Part shown: one piece after another, positions 25,030 to 38,852 of the stretch
How the letters are laid out: each line of letters starts with the position of its first letter
Numbering within the stretch: the first letter of the stretch is position 1
Source of the DNA: Eledone cirrhosa
Taxonomy: Eukaryota
Direction of reading: 5' to 3'
Assembly: GCA_964016885.1 (NCBI GenBank)
Contig: OZ024742.1
Location: 200,012,001-200,076,000, forward strand
DNA length: 64,000 bases
Made by a program: the position numbers and the translations under genes
Notes under the pieces: generated by a model
The model's input: the letters and a program-made list of their open reading frames with translations, nothing else
Database searches by the model: none
Told to the model about the DNA's origin: nothing

Positions 25030-25183
25030 AATAAACAACACAATATAATTATTACATTACCCAAGGTTTCAAGAAGTTAGACGATTTTAACAGAGGCCTC
25101 TGAAGTCATTCATCAGATAGAAATCTTTAATATCCAAGATATTAAACCTTGGGTAATGGAATAATTATATTGTGTTGTTTATT
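25030..25183. mobile_element. Short fold-back with decayed hammerhead (25052-25122, -)
   Basis: Inverted arms of about 38 bp. Minus strand reads ttctat-CTGATGA...GAAA-CC-ttg-GG-TA^atgtaa, with a weak stem II. Confidence 0.5.
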
Positions 25184-25577
25184 ATGTAATTAAATAGCTT
25201 TGTACTATACATAGAGCACTCTTCTTTCCTTTACCTTTTCCACGGAAATACCATATATATATATCCCGTCTGACCTGTGTGAAATCCTTTTCTCGCTCAC
25301 ATTTTGCAGGGTTCGGACACGTCTGCCGTCTTCTCGTCGCTGATCTGTTCGAACTTAAGTTCACATGTATCATTGACTTGTCTCTCATTTCCTCTCTTTC
25401 CATCGCATTACTATTTTTGTTTGTTTACTGTCCCTCTTTCTCCACCCAATTCGCTCTGTCCCGATAACTTATTTTAATTATCGCTCGCACTGATTTTGAG
25501 GTATCTGCTCTTTAATGCGAAGAAATACCAATGATAGTCAGAAGATCACTGATGATGGACAATCCCGTTTCTCGCTC

Positions 25578-26057
25578 TCTATATATATATAATACTAAAA
25601 GTCTATGATTGCTTGCTTGTCTGTAATGTAATACAGCCAAAAAGGAGCACAATGGGAAAATACTTTGAAAGGAAGTTGCCCCTGAAATGGGAATACAAAT
25701 GGAATAAAACAAGTTTCGCGTAAATCGGTACACGTGTTCCCGAGATATAGGGTTTTTCCGGGTACCTTAATAAAAAAAAAAAAGAGAGAGAACGATAGAG
25801 AGGCAGTGATAATGGTTGTGGCAGAGTAGATTGAAAGAGAGACATACAGAGAAGGAGAGAAGGCAGAAGAATGGAAGAGAGCTGGTGGTGTTGTTGTGTG
25901 TATATATATGTGAGTATTTATATATATATATGTGTGTGTGTGTCTATGACAAGTGTATATAGATCACAGACACCCACACATATATATATACGCACACACA
26001 TTTATATATATATATACGTATACACACACACATTTATATATATATACATGCACACCC

Positions 26058-26129
<72 letters not shown>

Positions 26130-26249
26130 GCTTTCCAGTTTCATTTCACATGAAATTTCTGTGTATATTTTACTTACTTAAAAATTAAAAAAAGGATTTA
26201 AAAAAATATTTTGAAGTAAACGTGACTCAACGGGTCATGGGTGGTCTAC
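25578..26249 (+). mobile_element. Non-autonomous Helitron, copy 1
   Basis: 5' TCTATATA..TAATACTAAAAG. 3' hairpin CGTGACTCAACGGGTCATG followed by CTA. Confidence 0.7.
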
Positions 26250-26848
26250 TATAATACTAAAAGTCTGTGATTGCTTGCTTGCTTGTCTGTAATGTAATAC
26301 AGCCAAAAGGGCGCATAATGGGAAAATACTTTGAAAGGAAGTTGCCCCTGAAATGGGAATACAAATGGAATAAAACAAGTTTCGCGTGAATCGTTACACG
26401 GGTTCCCGAGATATGGATTTTTTCCGGGTACCTTCATAAACAGAAAGATAGAGAGAAAGAGATAGTGGTTGTGAGAGAGTAGATTGAAAGAGAGACAGAG
26501 AGAGGGAGAGGTGACAGAGAAGGATAATGGAAGAGAGAGAGAGAAAGAGAGAGAGAGCTGGTGTTGTTGTGTGTGTGTATATATATATATATATGTGAGT
26601 GCGAGTGTATATATGTGTATGTGTCTATGACCAGTGTATATAGATCACAGACACCCACACATATATACACAGGCATACACACATATATATATATATATAC
26701 ACACACACACTTATATATATACATACACACACACATTTATATATAAACATACACACGCGGATATATAGGGGCCTTCCATTTTTAAGTAAACATGATTTTT
26801 TAAAAATATTTTGTAGTGAACGTGACCCAACGGGTTACGGGAGGTCTA

Positions 26849-26849
<1 letters not shown>
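26245..26849 (+). mobile_element. Non-autonomous Helitron, copy 2 (head-to-tail with copy 1)
   Basis: 5' TCTACTATAATACTAAAAG. 3' hairpin CGTGACCCAACGGGTTACG, then CTAG|T. Confidence 0.78.
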
Positions 26850-26902
<53 letters not shown>

Positions 26903-27625
26903 CATTAACAGAGAAAGCTTTAAGCTATACTCCGACTGGCTTCCATCTCACTCAACAAACATTAGGATATACCTTAGTATAATCCCAATTTTACGTTTGG
27001 GGTACTAACTATATGTATTTTGCGGATAGCCAGTTGTATTATTTTATACGAGACATAATTAAAATACATCTCCCTTTCCAAACATTTGTTTCATTATAAG
27101 ATTTCTACAGGTTGTCAAAAATGTGTCCAGGTTATGTAGAAGCCTGCACATAGTCCATAGGAATATATGCAGGTGGGCACTTATAAATCATCAGTGGATG
27201 CCCGTCAAACATCGATATAAAAAAAACTTTTTCTTACCGATATCCAATGCTTCTATCGATGGTCCCTCTCCGTATCAGAATGACCGCCAAATTTAAAATT
27301 CCAGCAGTCTCAGAATGAGAAATTTCACACTGTCATCAAGCGGAAAGGGGAGGTCATCGCGAAACATAATAAAATAATATGCACGCGGGTCAATTAATTT
27401 TTTCAATAATTTTAACCCTGCGTGTGAAGAACTCAATTAGATTTTTAAAAAATAAATATATGGATGTATTATTTATACACGCATATAGGTATTTTCTTAG
27501 GCTAAAAACAGAGATATGATACCAGAATAACAATCAATATTTCATAGTAATAATAAATACGGAAAGTTACACTTAAAAGGTATCTGGAAATATTCATCTC
27601 TGGCCAAATCAAGAATATATATATA

Positions 27626-27750
27626 GGAAAAAGTATGACCCTGACAGCAGAGCTCAAGCCATACGTTTTCCTATTTCCCACTCTACTACCCTAAGTATTG
27701 AGTACTCTGGTACGTTATGGTCCATCTGGTTCCTTACCACATTTCCTTTG

Positions 27751-27755
<5 letters not shown>
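27626..27755 (+). mobile_element. Family X fold-back element
   Basis: Short inverted arm plus the family 3' tail ending in (TA)n. Confidence 0.75.
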
Positions 27756-27788
<33 letters not shown>

Positions 27789-28425
27789 AAGTTTTGTAGC
27801 TTGCTTGAAGCATTGTTGAATAGGAAACCAAAACAATGTGTTATGAAGAATGTTAACACTAACTCCTCTTCCTTCCGCAAACACATCATCAAATGTGGAA
27901 ACCGGGACAACATTACCATCGCAATCTTAGCTACCGAACGCAGTATAGGGCCTGTATTCCGACATCCCAACAGCCAGTTTCATTCTTTCTTTCAAATTAA
28001 ATCTATGTCCTCACTAGGCAAACACGCTTAGACTCACACACATACATATATCGCAGACATATTTTTCCCGTTTTATTATCTACATATTCGCACACATCTT
28101 TCACTACATAAAATTATATTCATGCACACACATACAAACATTCACGCACACACATGCATATATCATGCATATATCATACATTTCACAACGCGTACGTTCG
28201 AAATTTTAACGCCTTTTCATTTCATTTAACTTAAATCTGCTTCCAAACAAGCAAGTCTATCCGATCAAATTTTAAGTCTCTCATAGGGTTACTCCCTTTA
28301 TAATGGGTTTTTAAATCCGAAAATATTTGAGATCGTTAAATTTGCTAAGGTAAGATTATTTGTTATTTTGGCAATTTAACATTCTTCATAACGCATTGTT
28401 TTGGTTTTCAAAATTTAAATTTGTG

Positions 28426-28482
<57 letters not shown>

Positions 28483-28485
<3 letters not shown>

Positions 28486-28675
28486 CGAAGGAAATGTGGT
28501 AAGGAACCAGGTGGACCATAACGCACCAAAGTACCTAAATGTTAGGGTAGTAGTGTGGGTAGTAGGAACGAGTAAGACTCCGACGGCTGAGCTCAAGCCG
28601 TTTAGACGGCTAATTCTGGACTGAATTAGCCGTCGAAACGGCTTGAGCTCAGCCGTCGGGGTCTTACTCGTTCCT
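28483..28675 (-). mobile_element. Family X fold-back element, cleanest copy
   Basis: Hairpin GACGGCTAATTC-tggact-GAATTAGCCGTC at the centre of ~55-bp inverted arms. Confidence 0.85.
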
Positions 28676-28689
28676 ATATATATATATAT

Positions 28690-29075
28690 ATGAGACGAAT
28701 AGCGCTTGATATAGTAGGAAAAGAGTTTTAAAGCTTCGGACACTAGTCCTTCATCAGATAATAGAATAGGAAATAAAAGGATAAATATATAAATAAAGGA
28801 TGAGAAGAATAAGGAAGGAAACAATATTTGGAGAAAAGGCAGGTATGTATTCAGTAAAGCATTAAAGAAAGCGGTTAACTTAAGAAGCACTGCGAAAGTT
28901 TGAAATATCAAATATATGCGTCCCAACGCAAATGACCATAATAAGAGATGATTTATTTTGAGTCGCCTATTGAGGCGACTAATTCCTCTCATTTGACTAA
29001 TACATTTGCCTCGTGTTAGCAATTTAAGAAGGAAATAAAATAAACATGACCACCCACCTAGCATTTTCACGGTTT
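28690..29075 (-). mobile_element. PLE-like terminal fragment with mutated HHR
   Basis: CTGATGA-a-GGAC-tagt-GTCC-GAAG at about 28728-28760. GAAA has become GAAG and there is no clear stem I. Confidence 0.4.
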
Positions 29076-29682
29076 CTGCATAGTGTGGTTAGAGATTGCT
29101 GACGTCGTATGTGATTAACCCCGGAACGGTCCTGACTGAGTCGACCTATGATCAAAGGCGTTCAAATGTTGACTATACATATATGCATACACACACACAC
29201 ACAGAGACACACACACACATATATATAATATATTCTCGTGTGATATTGGCAGACATGAGAATGAGTACTTATTACCGAAGAATATAAAGAATATATGCAA
29301 ATTACAAAATATCACAAAACGAATTAAGCTCTCAACAGAATGGTTTTAAAATTAACAAGAGCTATTCATCAGTCAATAGAATTAACTAAAGAAAATCAAG
29401 AAAATTAACTGGTCAATAGCTAGACTCTGGAGATTAATACAAATATAAATTAGCGAGAATCGTATTTCGGCTATTTGTAATTAGCGAAAAACAACTTCCG
29501 AGATGTGTGGCAAGCGCTCCATAGAAGCTAGTGAACTAGAGCTACAACATAAGTTAAAAGGCCAAACACACTGAGACGATGGTTAAACCATTATCTGCAC
29601 AGCCATAGAAACGACCAAGTAATTCGGGTCAAACAAATAAAATATGATTGAAAATTATACCCGAACCCCTGGAAAGTTGGTT

Positions 29683-29716
<34 letters not shown>

Positions 29717-29724
29717 ATATATAA

Positions 29725-29755
<31 letters not shown>

Positions 29756-29869
29756 AATAAAAGTAATTTCAGCTTTGTCTGATTTACTCGTTTTATTTAC
29801 AATCCTTTAACATTTATAATGGTATTAGAATGAAATAGTATGGTAGAATATTAAATGTTAAGTGTTAAT

Positions 29870-29908
29870 TGAACAAGTACTTTCATGCCTTCGCAATCTT
29901 CAGGTTCA
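29870..29908 (-). ncRNA. Minimal type I hammerhead
   Basis: tgaac-CTGAAGA-t-TGC-gaag-GCA-t-GAAA-GTAC-TT^gttca, with palindromic stem III AGTACT. Confidence 0.82.
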
Positions 29909-30027
29909 TATTCTGTGGTGACAGTCAAGTTTGCAATTTTCAACTGTTGAAAATTGGAATTTTCAAACAAAGTTGGAATTCCTTTTATTAATATAATCTT
30001 CTATACACAATCATACACACCCGTGTA

Positions 30028-30090
<63 letters not shown>

Positions 30091-30842
30091 ACAGATATAC
30101 AAACACCCCCCCCCCACACACACACACACATACATATATACACGTGTGAACATGTGTGTGTTTGTGTGAAGGGAGGGAGTGATGCAATGTACTGAATCGA
30201 TTTCTATACCCCATTATATTGCTGATAGTTACTAGCCTTGATTTGTTAGTTCAACCTGCTGAAAAAAAAAATGAAAAAAAAACAAAAACGGCCAAATCTC
30301 TCTCAAATCAAGGCACCAAATGCTTTCTGCCTAGAAGGATTCGGCTCTTTAGAACTCCATCCTTTCTTATGTTTTTTTTTCTTCTTTTACAGGACTCGAT
30401 TTGCAGCAGCTTCAGTGGAGGTTCAATGGCATCGATCACATCAATTTCTGAGTAGGGTTTTTAAGGCTATGAGCATTGCTCTCTCACCCACACCTAACAA
30501 ATAGAAAATATTAAAAACATTCCTGCTCGTTTCTGCGGTATACTGTAGCCGAATGACTTTGTCAAGTGCTCATCAGTGTCATGCATATGCCTGGGTGGAG
30601 TGAGGAGATCCTTGATGACATCTTTGTCAAGTGTTCATCAGTGTCACCAATGTGGGAGTGTGTGGGTGGGTGGAAAGGGGCAAGAGAACTTTAGTGATAT
30701 CTTCGTCAATTTCTCATTAGTGTCATTGTTGTAGTGGGAGGAGCAGGTCAGTTCTCAGCACGTGGTATATAGGCTTGTTTCTCATCCATTGCTTCACGTT
30801 ATCAGATCAAAGCCGACGCTTTATTTTTTTATATTATTTGTG

Positions 30843-31032
30843 GGGGATTGGCAGTATCGGTAGAAGGTCGGACGCCATGCTTTGCAGCATAGAGTTACGC
30901 CTCTTTATAGTCTGAGTTCAAATCCCGCCGAGGTTCACTTTGCCTTTCATCCTTACGGGGTCGATAAAATAAAGTACCAGTAATGCACTCGGATAATTGC
31001 TGGCCTTGTGCCAAAAGTCGAAACAATTATTT
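30843..31032 (+). mobile_element. SINE family A
   Basis: TGGCAGTATCGGTAG A-box, GAGTTCAAATCCC B-box, core and tail. Confidence 0.85.
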
Positions 31033-31424
31033 GCAGAGGAGAATGAAGAGCAGTGTCTATTAACCATTTTCAGGCCCCACGAGACTGGTGGTGGTGGGGT
31101 GGGGGATGATATCCTCAAATCACCATAAACTTCGTCTGAATGCAGTGAATTCCGCTAAAGATATTTAATGGCTAAATGATAGTATAAAAAACAGGCTATG
31201 GAGTAAGTCTATCACTCATGCAGGCAACAGCGGAATTTGGACTCAGAACGCAAAACATCTCGCCCACTAATCACAGCCCTGAGCTGGTAATACATTTTAT
31301 CGACCTCCTAACCACGATAGGATGAAAGGTGAAGTGGATTTCAGTAGGATTTGAGCTGAAAACAAAGATAGCCTGGAGAAGATACTACAAGATATTTTGT
31401 TTGTATAGCAGTCCAACCAAGCCC

Positions 31425-32664
31425 AACCCCACCAATGCCACCACCACAACCATCACCACCACCACAAGTGCCGTCATCACAACTACTGCCACCATCACCA
31501 CTGCCGACAACACTACTATCAACATTATCACCACAACCACCGACAACAACACCACTACCAACATCATCACTACCAGCACCACCATCATCCCTAGCACCCA
31601 ACCATCGCCACCACCATCACCACCACCACCACCACTACCACCACTACCACTGACAACACCAACACCATCATCACCACCAGCACCACCATTACCATCATCA
31701 AGAGCACCACCAACATCCCCACCACCATCACCATCATCATCACTAGCACCACCACCATCACCAACACCATCACTACCACCACCATCACCACCACCATCAC
31801 TAGCACCACCATTACTATGACCACCACCACTACTAAAACAACAACATCACTACTAGCATCACCACTATCACTAGAACCACCACCACCACCATCATCACCA
31901 CCACCACCACAACCACCACTACCAAGACCACCACTACCACCAACACCATCACTACCAGCACCATCACCACCACCACCATCGCCACCAACACCACCACTAC
32001 CACAGTCACCACTACCACAACCACCAACACCATCACCACCACCACCAATCACCACCACCACCACCAACACCACCACTACCACAACCACCAACACCATCAC
32101 TACCAGCATCGCCACCATCACCACCACCACCACCACCACTACCATAACCACCACTTCCACAACCACCAACACCATCACCACCACCACCACCACCACCTCC
32201 ACCACCACCACCAACACCACCACCACCAACACCACCACCACCTCCACCACCGACAACAACAACACCATCGCCACCGTCGACCAATATTTTGACGAAGTAT
32301 ATTATAAAATTCCTCGGAACAAACAATGAACATTGGATCTGGTTTAACCGGAAGATGAACTGAAATCACGAAGAAGTTAAACGATATACTTATAAACCCT
32401 TATTCTGTTTGATTCCGTTATCCCGTTTGGTAATTTGTTGTTCATAATTGGTTTTTCAGAATTGGCGTCAAGATTCCTTTTCAGTGGCAACAACAACAAC
32501 AAAAACAGCAACGACGACAACAACAACACTAATAGCAACAACAACAATATCAGCAGCATCAACAACAACGGAAAGAAGAGCAGCAGCAGCAGCAACAACA
32601 ACAACAACAACATCAGGAAAGGAACAAAAACTACAAGAACAACAACAGCAATATCAGCAATAAT

Positions 32665-32701
<37 letters not shown>

Positions 32702-34150
32702 GAAAGGATAACAACAGAAACAGGAGCTGCAACAACAATAGCAACAGCAATAACAGCAACAACAGCAACAATAGCACTAGTAGCAACAACAACAACAATT
32801 GCAACAAAAGCTACAACAGCAACAACAAAAATACCAGCAACAACAGCAACAGCAACAGCAACAGCAACAACAACAACAGCAATAGCAACAAAAGTTACAA
32901 CAACAACATCAGCAGCAACAGTAGCAGCAGTAGCAGCAGCAGCAACAGAAACAAGAGTAGTAACAACAATAGCAATAGCAACGAAAACCACAACAGCAAC
33001 AACAACAGCGTGATTAACAACAACGAAATGAACCAAAACTTTACCACTACAACCACAACAACCATCACTACCACCACCACCACCACCAGTACCAACACTA
33101 CCACCACCATCACCACCACCAACACCACCAACACCACCACCACCAGTACCAACACTACCACCACCATCACCACCACCAACACCACCAACACCACCACCAC
33201 CAACACCAACACCACCAGTACCACCACCAACACCACCACCACCACCAACACCACCACCACCAGCACCACCACCACCAGTACCACCACCAACACCACCACC
33301 ACCACCACTACCACGACCAAAGACGACGACGACCAACACCACCACCACCACCACCACCACCACCATCACCACCATCACCATCACCACCACCACCACCACC
33401 ACCACCACCATCACCACCATCACCACCACCACCATCATCACCACCACCACCACCATCACCACCATCACCACCACTAACACCACGACCATCACCATTATCA
33501 TCATCATTAAGAGCAACAACAACACAATCACCACCACCACCACCACCACTACCACCACCACCATCACCACCACTAACACCACCATCATCACCACCACCAT
33601 CATTATCATCATCAAGAGCAACAACAACACAATCACCACCACCACCACCACCACCACCACCACCACCACCACCACCACCACCACCACCATCACCACCACC
33701 ACTACCACCACCACCATCACCATCATCATCATCATCATCATTAAGAGCAACAACAACACAATCACCACCACCACCACCACCACCACCACCACCACCACCA
33801 CTACCACCACCACCATCACCACCACTAACACCACCACCACCACCACCAACACCACCACCACCACCACCACCACCACCACTACCACCACCACGACCATCAC
33901 CACCACCATCATCATCATCATCAAGAGGAACCACAACAACACAATCACCACCACCACCATCACCACCACCACTACCACCACCATCACCATCACCATCACC
34001 ATCACCATCATCATCATCATCAAGAGCAACAACAACACAATCACCACCACCACCACCACCACCACCACCACCACCACCACCACCATCACCACCACCATCA
34101 CCATCATCACCATCATCATGAAGAGGAACCACAACAACAACAACAACAGC
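31425..34150. repeat. Large (CAC)/(CAA)/(CAG) trinucleotide low-complexity tract with higher-order repeats
   Basis: Seen directly. AAGAGCAACAACAACACAATCACC recurs about 5-6 times between 33500 and 34140. Confidence 0.95.
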
Positions 34151-34378
34151 GACAATATCCTTGATGTAGGCAAGCAATGGAGACGATAGATTCGTGTGGA
34201 ACTGTTCTTAGAACAATAATTATCTTTGTCGTTGATGAAGTTTTGATAATGAGGTTAAGCAAATAAAAATAATGCTGGTTGGTTAGAGAGAGTAATGGAG
34301 GGTGCAGGATAGGCGGGCGGGGGGTTATGTCTCACTTCCTGCCTTCTGTCGTTATCTGATATTGCAGAATCATATATA

Positions 34379-34985
34379 TTGTATGTATGTATGTATGTAT
34401 GTATGTATGTATGTATGTATGTACGTGTGTATGTATGTATGTATGTATGTATGTATGTATGTATGTATGTATGTATGTATGTATGTATGTATGTATGTAT
34501 GTATGTATGTGTGTATGTATGTATGTGTGTATGTATGTATGTATGTATGTATGTATGTATGTATGTATGTATGTATGTGTGTATGTATGTATGTATGTAT
34601 GTATGTATGTACTTGTGTATGTATGTATGTATGTATGTATGTATGTATGTATGTATGTATGTATGTACGTGTGTATGTATGTACGTGTGTATGTATGTAC
34701 GTGTGTATGTATGTACGTGTGTATGTATGTATGTATGTACGTGTGTATGTATGTATGTATGTATGTATGTATGTATGTATGTATGTATGTACTTGTGTAT
34801 GTATGTATGTATGTATGTATGTATGTATGTATGTATGTACGTGTGTATGTATGTATGTATGTATGTATGTATGTACGTGTGTATGTATGTACGTGTGCAT
34901 GTATGTATGTATGTATGTATGTACGCGTGTATGTATGTATGTATGTATGTGTGTATGTATGTACGTGTGTATGTATGTATGTGCG
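34379..34985. repeat. (TATG)n microsatellite
   Basis: Seen directly. Confidence 0.97.
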
Positions 34986-35199
34986 TGTATTTATAACTTG
35001 TCAACAGCTGCTCACGTTTAATATATCTATGAATATGTATGTATAATATATGTGTATGTATATATTTGTGTGTGTGTGTGTGTATTTATAACATGTCGAC
35101 AGCTGTTCACATGTAATATACGTATGTATATTTATAAATATATGTATGAATATATATACATACACACGCGCGCGCACACACACACACATATATATATAC

Positions 35200-35311
<112 letters not shown>

Positions 35312-35401
35312 GTAATTAACGAAATCTTCTGTCGTGCATTTTATATCAAACGTGCATAATTGAAGAGTTGTACTGTAAACACCCTCACAATGACGCCTCC
35401 A

Positions 35402-35533
<132 letters not shown>

Positions 35534-36339
35534 AATTCCTGAGCTGAAATACGATTCTCGCTAATTTATATATATATATACTCATACACATACAAACTCA
35601 CACAAAGCCACATCCATGTTTATATAAATGGGAAACAACTTTTTCCCCTTTTCCTTCTGTTTAAGATACGTCGTGCTGTAAACATCACCTTCAATTATTT
35701 TTTTAACAAATTTTCGTGAAGATTTTCAAGTTTACAAAATTAATAATTATTATTTTTTAGATTCCTATTGAAATCTGTTCAAAATTACCACGATTTCTGC
35801 AGTTTCCCTATCATAATCAAATTTTTTAATTTAAATTAAATTCACATTAGATAATATTTTATCTTTTCCTGTTACAAATAATGCCATTCTTTAGTGACGC
35901 CTGTTGATGTTTGACGTCATTGTTCCTGTTTGATTGTTTTGTTTTGCTTTGACTTTTTTTTCAGCTTCTCATCTACTGAGTGGAATGGACTTCCGTCACT
36001 TTCGACGATCAGTGTTCCATGCGTTCGATCAACGAAATTTCACCCTGTTCGTGAAATTAACGTGTTAGTTTGTCGAGCAATATAATAGTATGTTAAATAT
36101 CAAATGATACATATTATATATAAATATAGTAAAATAAAAAATATATAATATTTATTTATACATAGTATATATTATATTATTTATTATATATAAATTAACG
36201 ATTTTATTTATTATATATTATTTACAATTTGCGTGTAGGAAGGTCTGTCTTGAAATAGGGTTGGGGACGCTGAGGGTATTAATAAGCCGTGGGGGAAAGG
36301 GGTGGCTCAAAATGTTTGAGAATCTCTGATTTAGTGCAT

Positions 36340-36716
36340 AGAACTACTGTTCTAGAACGTTCTGAGTTCAAATCCCTCCGAAGTTAGCTTTGCCTTTAAT
36401 CCTTACGGGGTCGATAAAATAAAGTACCAGTCACGCACTGCTGGCCTTGTGCCTATATAAAAAAACCATTATTATTATTATTATTTTTGTAGCATAGGGC
36501 GAGGGATTGGCAGTATCGGTAGAAGGTCGGACGCCATGCTTTGCAGCAAAGAGTTACGCCCCTTTATAGTCTGAGTTCAAATCCCGTCGAGGTTAACTTT
36601 GCCTTTCATCCTTACGGGGTCGATAAAATAAAGTACCAGTCACGCACTGGGGTTGATTTCATCGAATTTCCCCTCCCATCAAATTGCTGGCCTTGTGCCT
36701 AATGTAGAAACAATTA
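36340..36716 (+). mobile_element. Two tandem SINE family A copies
   Basis: B-box and core at about 36365 and 36573, separated by an (ATT)n tail. Confidence 0.82.
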
Positions 36717-37049
36717 GTAATTTATATTTTTGTTTCAATAGCGAAATTGATATACATGATTCTTGGAAATTGTCTTAAAAGTTCGAAAATAAATCGATAA
36801 AACAGAAATTCTGATCTTTGCGTGAGGATAAAGATTTTTTACAAACCAAACACCCAAAAAATTTCTTGGCTGGGAAAAGGGGCGATGTAGTTTTTTTTTA
36901 GTTTTTTTATTTCAGAATACTGCTCTTTTTTTTTTTTCAGGAAATATATATATATATACATACATACATATATATATATATATACATATATATAAACATA
37001 TATATACATATACAAATACATATATGTATTTGTAAATGTATGTTTATAA

Positions 37050-37127
<78 letters not shown>

Positions 37128-37412
37128 CTATATATATATACAAAATTGATATTCATTTATTAGATTTGTCACCCCTCCCTAACTCCACTTCCGCCATCCA
37201 TCTCAACCCTTGCCACCCCCTGTCACGTCCACCCCATATACAGAACAAGAATTAAAAAATGAAGAATTAAAATAACACAGATTATATAAAAAAAACTAGA
37301 ATTCATTCTTTGATTCATCTCTTCCATCTTATTATCTCTCCCCTTCTCTCTCTCCCTCTGACACCATATTTTCCTATCTCCCCCCTTTGTTCCTACAACC
37401 TCCACAACTCCC

Positions 37413-37948
37413 CTTCTCTCTCTGTCTCTCTCTCTCTCTGTCTCTCTATCTCACTCTTTGTCTCTCTCTCTCCTCTCTCTTTCTCTTTCTACTCTCTATC
37501 CTCTCTATCTTTGTCTCTCTCCCCCCTCTCTCTCTCTTTCTCTCTCTCTCCTCTCTCTTTCTCTTTCTACTCTCTATCCTCTCTATCTTTGTCTCTCTCC
37601 CCCCTCTCTCTCTCTCTCTCTCCTTCTCTCTCTTTCTCTTTCTACTCTCTATCCTCTCTATATTTCTCTCTCTCTCTCTCTCTCTCTCCCTCTCTCTCTC
37701 TCTCTCACTCTCTCTTTCTCTCTCTTTCTCTTTTTCTCTCACGCCATATATCCCTGCTCTCCCTCTCACACCTCTCCCCTATTTCTCTCTCTTCTCTCCC
37801 TCTCCTCTCTCTCTCAGCTTCCATCATACCTCTTACACTCCATGTTCTCCATTCCCCATTCTTCTTACTCCCTCCATCTCTCTTTCTCTCTCGTTTTCTC
37901 TCCCTCTTTCTTTCTCGTTCACTCGTTCTCTCTCTTTCTAGTTCACTT

Positions 37949-38010
<62 letters not shown>
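37413..38010. repeat. CT-rich tract with ~75-bp internal triplication, then (TATC)n
   Basis: CTCTTTCTACTCTCTATCCTCTCTAT occurs three times. Confidence 0.9.
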
Positions 38011-38459
38011 ATTTACATACACAAGTACACATCCACACACACATATCTACACGTACATCTGCACACATCTATACACACAAACACACACATTTACACACAT
38101 CTATACACACGTACACGCAAGCATCTCCACACAGACACTCACACAGACACACACCTACATGCACGCTTGATTTCACAGAGGTTCTCTAAAATAGTTTATT
38201 AGTCTGCTAGTATTTGGGTTGGGTGGGTTTAACCCCAGATCAGTATTGACCGAGTAGACTTATGATCAAAGACATTCCGAACTTGACAAATTTGTTAAAG
38301 CGTCTATTTATCTTTCAAGAAAATCTTTTACAAAATTGTAATCTGACTTATTTGAATATTAATAATAACATTCGATTCGTTTGCAATTATGCAAACAAAC
38401 CTCAATTTTATAGCCATGTCAGTAGAATGAACCCTTCATTCTTTCTCATGTGTTGGCGT

Positions 38460-38525
38460 GTGAACAGAACTGCAGACACTAAAGTTTCTGGGTATCACCC
38501 TTCATCAGTACAGCTCACTGTTCAC
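38460..38525 (-). ncRNA. Type I hammerhead (stem III mismatch)
   Basis: Inverted copy of 38787-38852 with GAAA-CTTTAGTGTC. Confidence 0.7.
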
Positions 38526-38786
38526 CTGCCAAACTGTCAGAGTTAGTGAAAATATATGCTATTTTCAAAAATAAACAGTGACTGATCGTCCTGATTTGCA
38601 TATTAGCAGACTGGCTGATCAGTCAGATCTGCATATTAGCAAATCCACTGATGAGCCAGATTTGCAGATCAGCATATTAGCAGATCTGACTGATCAGCCA
38701 GTCTGCTAATATGCAAATCAGGCTGATCAGTCACTGTTTATTTTTGAAAATAGCATATATTTTCACTAACTCTGACAGTTTGGCAG

Positions 38787-38852
38787 GTGAACAGTGAGCT
38801 GTACTGATGAAGGGTGATACCCAGAAACATTAGTGTCTGCAGTTCTGTTCAC
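38787..38852 (+). ncRNA. Type I hammerhead with long bulged stem I
   Basis: gtgaaca-gt-gagctgta-CTGATGA-a-GGGT-gat-ACCC-a-GAAA-CA-ttag-TG-TC^tgcagttc-tgttcac. Cleavage is predicted after 38837. Confidence 0.88.

Noticed and set aside
27780-27945. Possible PLE GIY-YIG fragment (SSFRKHIIKCG..IAILATE)
   Set aside because: Too short and rearranged to call without a search.
30843-30930. tRNA genes at A/B-box motifs
   Set aside because: There is no cloverleaf, and the motifs continue into SINE bodies.
31329-34177. Long poly-V/T/G/P/H ORFs up to 598 aa (mucin- or extensin-like)
   Set aside because: Trinucleotide repeats are open in several frames on both strands, with no unique domain or splice evidence.
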